Assembly: GCA_035258825.1 (NCBI GenBank)
Contig: DATFWW010000173.1
Location: forward strand, 1 to 57,520
DNA length: 57,520 bases
Direction of reading: 5' to 3'
Source of the DNA: Myxococcota bacterium
GTDB lineage: Bacteria > Myxococcota_A > UBA9160 > SMWR01
The translations under genes and the position numbers were made by a program. This document shows, in pieces, positions 51,134 to 57,520 of the stretch. Position 1 is the stretch's first letter. The number at the start of each line of letters is the position of its first letter. The notes below the pieces were generated by a model. That model was not told the origin of the DNA, searched no databases, and worked only from the letters and a program-made list of their open reading frames with translations.

Positions 51134-54100
51134 CTAGTCCCGCACCGCGTCCGTGCGGAGCGAGAACACCTCGTGCAGCTCGGCATTGCTGAGCTCGGTG
51201 ATCCACTGCTCGCCGGTGCCCACGATGTCTTCGGCGATCGATTTCTTGCGCTCGATCATCTCGTCGATGCGCTCCTCGAGCGTGCCCACGCACACGAACT
51301 TGTGCACCTGCACGTTGCGCGTCTGGCCGATCCGGAACGCGCGGTCGGTCGCCTGGTTCTCGACCGCCGGATTCCACCAGCGGTCGAAGTGGAACACGTG
51401 GTTGGCGCCGGTGAGGTTCAAGCCGAGGCCGCCTGCCTTGAGCGACAGCACGAACACGGGCGGCGCGTCGAGGCCGCCGGACTGGAAGCGCTCGACCATC
51501 TGGTCGCGCCGCTTCTTCGGCGTGCCGCCGTGGAGGAAGTACACCTCGCGGCCGAGCTCGTCCTGGAGGTGCTCCTGGAGCAGCTTGCCCATCTCGGCGA
51601 ACTGCGTGAACACGAGCGTGCGGTCGCCCGCGAGCGTCACCTCCTCGAGCATCTCGGTGAGGCGCGTTAGCTTGCCCGAGCGCTTGGGCAGCGGCGAGCC
51701 GTCGCCGAGGAAGTGCGCGGGGTGGTTGCACACCTGCTTCAGCTTCACGAGCGTGGCGAGGATCACGCCGCGCCGCTCGATGCCCTCGGCGTCCTCGAGT
51801 TTGCGCTCCGCCTCCTCCACCACCTGCTGGTAGAGTGCGCCCTGCTCGCCCGTGAGCGTGCAGAACACCTTCATCTCGAGCTTGTCGGGCAGGTCGGAGA
51901 TGATCGCGCGGTCGGTCTTCAGGCGACGCAGGATGAACGGCTTGGTGATGTGCGCGAGCTTCTCGACCGCATCGGGATCGCGGTGCGCCTGGATCGGGAC
52001 CAGGAAGTCGCGCCGGAACTGCTCCTGGGTGCCGAGGAAGTCGGGGTTCAGGAAGTCCATGATCGACCAGAGATCGCCGACGTGGTTCTCGACGGGTGTG
52101 CCCGTGAGCGCCGCGCGGTAGTCGGCCATCACGGCGCGCACCGCCATCGACTGCTTGGTGTCCGGGTTCTTGATGTTCTGCGCCTCGTCGAGGATCACGC
52201 CGGCCCAGCGCATCGAGCGCAGGTCCTCGAGGTCGCGGTGGACGAGTGCATAGCTCGTCAGCACGAGCGCGTGGTCCTGCGCGTCGGCGACGAACTCGTA
52301 GCCCTTCTTGCGCTGCGGCCCGTGGTGGATCACCGTGCGCAGGTCTGGCGTGAAGCGCGCCGCCTCGCGCTCCCAGTTCGCGAGCACCGAGGTGGGGCAC
52401 ACGAGCAGCACGGGGCGGTCCTCGCCGTGGTTCCGCTCCCGCTCGATCAGTGCGAGCGTCTGGATCGTCTTGCCGAGGCCCATGTCGTCGGCGAGGCAGG
52501 CGCCGAGCTCCCAGCGGCGCAGGAACTCGAGCCAGGCGAAGCCCTTCTCCTGATAGGGCCGCAGCGCTCCCTCGAAACCGGGCGGTGTCGCGAGCGGCTC
52601 GATCGCGTTCTTGTCCGTGAGCCGCTCGAGTATCGCGCCGAGCCAGCCCGTGGCGCGCACGCCCTCGAAGTGGATGCCGGCCGAGGTGTCGGCGGCGCCG
52701 AGCGCCATGCGCACGATCTCGCGCGCCGTCACCTCGCCGCCGCGGCGGTTCTTGTAGAACTCGAGCGCCGCGTGGATCTCCTCGACGCTCGTCTGCACCC
52801 AGTGTCCGCGCACGCGCTGGAGCGGCTCCTTGAGCCGCGCGAGGTCCTCCAGGTCGCGGCCCGAGAGCGGCTGGCCCGCCAGGCAGACCTCCCAGTCGAA
52901 CGAGACCGTCTCGTCGAGCCGCGGCTCGTAGTCGAGCTCGGTCTGCTCGGGCGTGCGCACGCGCGCGCGCACCGACAGGCGGTGGCGCGTGCTGCCGCCC
53001 GTCCACCATTCGGGCAGGATCGTGCCGAAGCCCGCCTGCTCGAGCGCGGGCGCGGTCTGGGTCAGGAACTCGTGTGCGCCGCGCGCGTCGAGCGAATAAC
53101 CCGACGGCTTGCGCGAGCGCAGGCTCATCTCGATCTTCGGACAAACACCGGCCGCCTGCGCCAGCGAGAGCAAGAGCGTCTGGTGCACGTCACTGCCCGA
53201 GCGCTGCAGCGCCGCCGCCTTGCGCCCGCGCAGGATCCACGCGTCGGCGGTCGGCACGAGCAGCGACGGATCGTCGGTGCCCTGCAGCAGATATCGCACG
53301 TACCAGCGGCGCTGGCCCGGCCGCAGCGCCTCGCGCGCGCGCGCCTTACCGTTGCGGCGGCCGAAATTATTGCGCTGCTTCTGGCGCGGCTCCTCGCGCG
53401 GCGGCGCGGGCTCCTCGAGCCGGAAGCAGAGCCGGAACGGCGCGCGGATCGCGACGTCGAGCGGCTTGCGCCAGTCCCGGATCTGCTCTTCGAGATCCTC
53501 GAGCTCGTTCTCCTTGCCGCGCAGCACCGGCTGCTCCGCGCGCAGCGCGGCGAGCCAGCGGTCGTGCACGTTGGAGTCGGGCGAATCCTCGCCCGCGAAC
53601 AGGCTCGCGGAGACGGAGATGATCCCGTCCTCGGCCTCGGGCTCGCGGTGCGTGCGCACGATGTAGTCGACCAGCTGCTCGACGAAGCGCATCACCACCT
53701 TCACGGACGGCTGCTGCGGAGCGGCCGCGCCGTTGATCACGAGCGAGCGAGCGGCGGCGGGCATCGCGCGCGCGAGGTCGTCGAGGTAGCGGAGGTCCTC
53801 GGTGATCCACACCGGCTGCCAGCGCGCGGCGAGCCTGCCTTCGGCGTCGAGCTCCGTGCCGGGCAGGTAGCGTTGGCGTGCGACCATCGAGCCCGCGAGC
53901 CGCACCGCGCGTATCCAGAACCGCAGATCGGGCCCGCCCACGATGCCGTGCAGCATGCCCGCGCGCTGGCCGTAGCCCGAGAGCAGGTCGAGCGCCTCGC
54001 CCGTGCTGAGCGAGATCCCCTCCACGATCCACGGCGCCGCCTCGACCGGATCGCTCGATTCGGGTCCCTCACCGATCAGCGCGCTCGAGGGCAGCGGGCG

Positions 54101-54331
54101 GTCGCCGCGGGTGGGCAGCCATGCGGTGGCTTCGGCTTTGCGGCGCGCGGTGGGCCGGAACGCGATCGGCAGCTCGCGGGCCGCGCGCGTCACCGCTTCG
54201 GCCCCCGCGTCGTAGGGATAGGGCGACGGCCGGTCCGACCGGCGACGCGCCTTCCCCGTTACGCCTTCGGCCGGCGACTCTCCCCAGAGGAAGAGCGCGT
54301 CGTCCAGCAGCGCACCGTGCAGGATGATCAT
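51134..54331 (-). CDS. SNF2-family DEAD/H helicase-like ATPase
   Basis: 1065-aa ORF with CLADDMGLGKT (Walker A), VILDEAQNIKN (DExx) and helicase-C LSLKAGGLGLNLTGANHVFHFDRWWNPAVENQATDRAFRIGQ. A long N-terminal SNF2-associated region precedes them. Confidence 0.9.
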   Translation of the reverse strand: MIILHGALLDDALFLWGESPAEGVTGKARRRSDRPSPYPYDAGAEAVTRAARELPIAFRPTARRKAEATAWLPTRGDRPLPSSALIGEGPESSDPVEAAPWIVEGISLSTGEALDLLSGYGQRAGMLHGIVGGPDLRFWIRAVRLAGSMVARQRYLPGTELDAEGRLAARWQPVWITEDLRYLDDLARAMPAAARSLVINGAAAPQQPSVKVVMRFVEQLVDYIVRTHREPEAEDGIISVSASLFAGEDSPDSNVHDRWLAALRAEQPVLRGKENELEDLEEQIRDWRKPLDVAIRAPFRLCFRLEEPAPPREEPRQKQRNNFGRRNGKARAREALRPGQRRWYVRYLLQGTDDPSLLVPTADAWILRGRKAAALQRSGSDVHQTLLLSLAQAAGVCPKIEMSLRSRKPSGYSLDARGAHEFLTQTAPALEQAGFGTILPEWWTGGSTRHRLSVRARVRTPEQTELDYEPRLDETVSFDWEVCLAGQPLSGRDLEDLARLKEPLQRVRGHWVQTSVEEIHAALEFYKNRRGGEVTAREIVRMALGAADTSAGIHFEGVRATGWLGAILERLTDKNAIEPLATPPGFEGALRPYQEKGFAWLEFLRRWELGACLADDMGLGKTIQTLALIERERNHGEDRPVLLVCPTSVLANWEREAARFTPDLRTVIHHGPQRKKGYEFVADAQDHALVLTSYALVHRDLEDLRSMRWAGVILDEAQNIKNPDTKQSMAVRAVMADYRAALTGTPVENHVGDLWSIMDFLNPDFLGTQEQFRRDFLVPIQAHRDPDAVEKLAHITKPFILRRLKTDRAIISDLPDKLEMKVFCTLTGEQGALYQQVVEEAERKLEDAEGIERRGVILATLVKLKQVCNHPAHFLGDGSPLPKRSGKLTRLTEMLEEVTLAGDRTLVFTQFAEMGKLLQEHLQDELGREVYFLHGGTPKKRRDQMVERFQSGGLDAPPVFVLSLKAGGLGLNLTGANHVFHFDRWWNPAVENQATDRAFRIGQTRNVQVHKFVCVGTLEERIDEMIERKKSIAEDIVGTGEQWITELSNAELHEVFSLRTDAVRD

Positions 54332-54738
54332 TGCGCTTTGTGTTCTCGCGTCTTACACGGGGCGCGATGGGGGCGCCCGGTTAGCGGCGTGCCGCTCGCT
54401 CCCGCCGCGGCGGGAGGCTCCGCCCGGCGGGCTCACCCGGTGGCGGCGCGCCCATCAGCTCGTTCACGTTCCGCATACCAGCGGCCAGCGTCATCAGCTC
54501 TGGCATCACTTCGCGAGGCGCTGCCCGCGCGGTGGATGCACGTTCACCTAATCGTGACCTACAACACCAGACCAACGGATCCCGGGGCCCGAGCGCCGGC
54601 TGTCCAGGAACAGCAGGAAGTGCAGAGCGCGCTCGTCGAATCCCTCGTCCTGTCCACAAGTGAACACGATCGGGGTGCGATTGCGCAAGCCCCTTTTTCG
54701 GGTTCTTCGGCACCGGCTCCCGGCCGCTGTAGAGTCTT

Positions 54739-55278
54739 CTAGACGTCTTCCAGCAGCCGCAACAGCCGCGCGCGCGCGCGATCGAAGGGATCCAGCGCGG
54801 CTCCCGCACCCGGGGTCCGCGCGCCGATCAGGAAGTAGGCGCTCTGCACGAGGAAATAGCCCCAGACCGCGAGGCAGAGCGCGAGCAGCCCGCCGCGCGC
54901 GAAGTGCGCGGCAGCCGCCAGTCCGGCTGCGCCGAGCACCGCTTCGATTGCCACCGCGCGGAGCTGGCGGACCTCGGGAAGCACGAATCCGCGCGCAAAT
55001 GCGACGACCCCAGCCGCGCCGATCGCCGTCGTGCGCAGGTCGAGCGGCAGGAGCGCCAGGATCAGGCCCCCGAGCGCTGCGCACGCGAGCGCGGCGACCC
55101 GGCGGCCGCGATCCCGGCACAGGCCCACCGCATAGACGCCGGCCGCCGCGATCAGATACAGCCGCGCGGCGTGCTCACTGCCGAGCAGTGCTCCGGCGAA
55201 CGTCACCGCGACGGGCAGCCCCGCTGCGGCGAGCGCGGCGAACGCGAGCGAGCTCCCGAAGCTGTCCCAGCGCGGCAT
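54739..55278 (-). CDS. Hypothetical integral membrane protein (about 5 TM helices) coupled to the PspA-like gene
   Basis: ATG 55278 (MPRWDSFGSSLAFAALAAAGLPVAVTFAGALL..) shares 1 nt with the PspA-like stop (TGATG). Hydrophobic throughout. Confidence 0.55.
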   Translation of the reverse strand: MPRWDSFGSSLAFAALAAAGLPVAVTFAGALLGSEHAARLYLIAAAGVYAVGLCRDRGRRVAALACAALGGLILALLPLDLRTTAIGAAGVVAFARGFVLPEVRQLRAVAIEAVLGAAGLAAAAHFARGGLLALCLAVWGYFLVQSAYFLIGARTPGAGAALDPFDRARARLLRLLEDV

Positions 55279-55916
55279 CACCCGCCCTCCTGATGGTCTT
55301 CGCTCGCCTGCAAGTCTTCGTGGGGGCCCACGCTTCGCTCGGCTTCGCCTCGCTGCGCGGCCGCTTCGCGGCCTTGCGAGCTGCGCGCAACTTGTCCGCG
55401 CAGTGCGCGCCGCCGCAGGAGCTCCAGCTCCACCTCCTCGTCCGCGGCCGGCGCGGGCCGCGCGAACGCGTTGCCCTCCGCGAAGCGCGCTGCGGCGATC
55501 CGCGTGCGCACCTGCGCGGAGAGCTCCTCGAGCTGGCGCTCCTGTACCGCGAGCGCCTCGGCGAGCCTCGTGCGCTCCTCTTCGAGCTCGGCCGTGCGCC
55601 GCCGCGCGCACTCGGCCGCGCGGCGCATCGGGAGGAGCTTGCGCACGGAGAAGCGCGCGAGGTCGTCCTTGCCGCCCGCGATCGCGAGCTCCACGTCGGC
55701 GTCGAGCGATGCGATCTCGCGGTCGAGGTGGAGCGCCTCCTCGCCGAGCCGGCGCGCCTCCTCCACGCACGCGTGCATCTGCGCGCGCTTGCGGTCGAGC
55801 TCGAGCTCGGCCTCGCGCAGGTGCTGCTTCGCGAGCAGCGTGCGCTCTTCGAGCTGCTCGAGCACACCGTGTGCGTCGGCCCTGACCAGGAGCGCCAGCC
55901 GGTCGAGGAACTTCAT
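55278..55916 (-). CDS. PspA/IM30-family protein
   Basis: ATG 55916: MKFLDRLALLVRADAHGVLEQLEERTLLAKQHLREAELELDRKRAQ.., long coiled coil. The C-terminal tail ..AAQRGEAERSVGPHEDLQASEDHQEGG is encoded by the repeat element. Confidence 0.7.
   Translation of the reverse strand: MKFLDRLALLVRADAHGVLEQLEERTLLAKQHLREAELELDRKRAQMHACVEEARRLGEEALHLDREIASLDADVELAIAGGKDDLARFSVRKLLPMRRAAECARRRTAELEEERTRLAEALAVQERQLEELSAQVRTRIAAARFAEGNAFARPAPAADEEVELELLRRRALRGQVARSSQGREAAAQRGEAERSVGPHEDLQASEDHQEGG
55296..55359 (-). repeat. GCGAAG-rich repeat copy (full core plus half copy) forming the 3' end of the PspA-like gene
   Basis: 55333..55359 is identical over 27 nt to 50711..50737 and 50753..50779. 55296..55312 (ggtcttcgctcgcctgc) is a half copy. 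The palindrome cgtggg-ggc-ccacg lies between them. Confidence 0.75.
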
Positions 55917-56055
55917 CGCATCTCTCCTTCGCGTGACTCCGGCAGTCTGTCCCGCGCGCGGCCGCGCCGCCGTCAAAGTGCGGTAAAAGCCGCGCGTCCG
56001 CGGTTTACAATCGCTTTACGGCGCGCGCCGATCGGCCGACCTAGAGTTTTGCGCT

Positions 56056-56754
56056 ATGTCGGTGAACGCGAAGACCGCGGTGCTCGTGGTGGAAGACGAG
56101 GAGTCGATCCGCCGCGGGTTGTGCGACGTGCTCGCGTTTCGCGGCTATGCGCCCGAGGGCGTCGAGCGCGGCGACGACGGGCTGCGCCGCGGCCTCGCGC
56201 GCGAGCACGCGCTCGTGCTGCTCGACGTGATGCTCCCGGGCATCAACGGCTTCGAGGTCTGCCGCGCGCTGCGCGGCGCGCTGCCCCAGCTGCCGATCCT
56301 CATGCTCACCGCGCGCGGCGCGGAGCAGGACGTGCTCGACGGCTTCCGCGCGGGCGCGGACGACTACGTCACCAAGCCGTTCTCCGTGGCAGAGCTGCTC
56401 GCGCGCGTGGAGGCGCTGCTGCGCCGCGCGGGTGCCGGCGCAGCCGAGGAGGACGCGCCGCCGTTCGCGTTCGGCGAATGGCAGGTCGACCGGCGCGCGC
56501 GCACCGCGCGGCGCGGACCCGAGTGCGTGGAGCTCACTGCGCTCGAGGCGGCGCTCGCGGCGCTGTTCGCGCGCGAGCGCGGGCGGATCCTGTCGCGCCG
56601 GCGCCTCCTGCGCGAGGTGTGGGAGGTGGCCAACCCCGAGCGCATCGAGACGCGCACCGTCGACATGCACGTGGCGAAGCTGCGCAGGAAGCTCGACGCG
56701 GCGGGCGACGCGCTGATCCAGACGATCCGCGGCGAGGGTTACCGGTTCTCATGA
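56056..56754 (+). CDS. OmpR/PhoB-family response regulator
   Basis: 232-aa ORF with receiver VLVVEDEESIRRGL..LLDVMLPGINGFEV..DDYVTKPF and winged helix TVDMHVAKLRRKL..IQTIRGEGYRF. Confidence 0.9.
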   Translation: MSVNAKTAVLVVEDEESIRRGLCDVLAFRGYAPEGVERGDDGLRRGLAREHALVLLDVMLPGINGFEVCRALRGALPQLPILMLTARGAEQDVLDGFRAGADDYVTKPFSVAELLARVEALLRRAGAGAAEEDAPPFAFGEWQVDRRARTARRGPECVELTALEAALAALFARERGRILSRRRLLREVWEVANPERIETRTVDMHVAKLRRKLDAAGDALIQTIRGEGYRFS

Positions 56755-57520
56755 CGCGGATCCGCATCGCGCTGGCGCTCGTGTCGATCGCGGTGCTCGG
56801 GCTCGTCGCGCTGCTCGCGTGGCGCGCGCAGCAGGGGCTGGCCGCCGAGCGCGCGGTGCGCCACGAGGCGGTCGCCGAGCGCGCGTTCGAGGAGATGGAG
56901 CGAGCGCTCTCGGAATTCCTCGCGCGCGAGGAGGCGCGGCCGTTCGACCACTACGCCTACACCTCGCCCGTCTCCGGCGAGCGCTCGCCGCTCGCGTCGG
57001 GGCTCGAGCCGTTCGTGATCGGCGCGTTCCAGGTCGATCCGGAAGGAGACGTGACGACGCCGCTCGACGCCGCCGCTGCTGCGGCGACGCGCGTGCGTGC
57101 GGCAGTGGCAGGGCTCTGGCCCGCGCGCGGTGCCGACAAGAAGGACGAGCGCGCGCCGGCGAAGCTCGGAGCGCTCGCCTCCGGGCGCGTCGACGAGCTC
57201 GCGGCTGCACCGCCGGAAGAGCGCCAGGCGCCCGGCACCACGCGCGCGCTGGCCGGGCCCGGCGTGAAAGAGCAGGAGGAGCGCGAGCGCGCCGCACCCG
57301 AAGCGCCCGCGCCCGCGATCGCGCGCGAACGCGATCAGATCGGCGCGTTCGAGGCGCTCCAGAGCCTGAACCGCGCCGCCGACGACCGCGCCGAGCGCAA
57401 GCAGAAGGTGGCCCGCGTCGCGCGGCAGGAGGTATACGGCGCGCCGGAGGCGGCGAAGGAGATCGCACGCGCTCCCGCCGCGCAGCCCGCGTTTCGCGAG
57501 GGTGAGCTCGCCGACGCGGC
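56751..57520 (+). CDS. Probable sensor histidine kinase, N-terminal part (runs off the window end)
   Basis: ATGA overlap with the regulator stop: MTRIRIALALVSIAVLGLVALLAWRAQQGL.. (TM helix plus extracytoplasmic/linker region). No kinase core is in the window. The call rests on gene order. Confidence 0.5.
   Translation, partial: MTRIRIALALVSIAVLGLVALLAWRAQQGLAAERAVRHEAVAERAFEEMERALSEFLAREEARPFDHYAYTSPVSGERSPLASGLEPFVIGAFQVDPEGDVTTPLDAAAAAATRVRAAVAGLWPARGADKKDERAPAKLGALASGRVDELAAAPPEERQAPGTTRALAGPGVKEQEERERAAPEAPAPAIARERDQIGAFEALQSLNRAADDRAERKQKVARVARQEVYGAPEAAKEIARAPAAQPAFREGELADA

Noticed and set aside
54381-54506. 41-aa ORF MPELMTLAAGMRNVNELMGAPPPGEPAGRSLPPRRERAARR upstream of the SNF2 gene.
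   Set aside because: It has no RBS, the C-terminal half is Pro/Arg-rich GC-type text, and no family is recognisable. It is kept only as a note inside the spacer finding.

Overview
High-GC DNA: most hand-counted 60-nt lines exceed 70% GC (12001-12060 is 46/60). It looks like a Gram-negative chromosome, with lipoproteins, an outer-membrane beta-barrel, a PEP-CTERM protein and a BamE-like protein. A Myxococcota-like origin is only a guess. I support about 58 protein-coding genes and saw no rRNA, tRNA, CRISPR array, transposase, integrase or phage module. The GC content fills the ORF track with long shadow ORFs. I therefore called genes from recognisable protein motifs, signal peptides and the very frequent ATGA/GTGA/TTGA start-stop overlaps. 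Left to right: (1) 1-4966 plus 8612-11408 is a secondary-metabolite-like set: FAD oxidoreductase, stand-alone condensation-type acyltransferase, ACP, halogenase-like flavoprotein, CrtI-like oxidoreductase, then MIO ammonia-lyase, hotdog thioesterase and SAM methyltransferase. It is interrupted by (2) a lower-GC envelope segment (4967-8611) holding two broken Bor-like lipoprotein genes, a PEP-CTERM paralog pair and two lipoproteins. (3) A steroid-type five-gene redox/amidohydrolase operon (11412-17860). (4) An RTX-like protein and a porin. (5) A LemA-TPM-TPM-DUF4394-ECF sigma-anti-sigma chain. (6) Mixed metabolic and membrane genes, including a strong sigma54-type promoter in front of a micro-ORF. 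(7) A gene-decay patch next to GtrA and a sulfatase. (8) The most unusual part: a TetR-centred bidirectional cluster (34887-48074). It has two P450s, an aminotransferase::SCP2 fusion and a 1279-aa FGGY kinase::2-hydroxyacid dehydrogenase::SCP2::class II aldolase fusion. (9) An SNF2 helicase-SWIM-serine hydrolase operon. (10) A PspA-like module beside a two-component system. A short GC-rich repeat family is present at four loci, three of them in frame inside genes.
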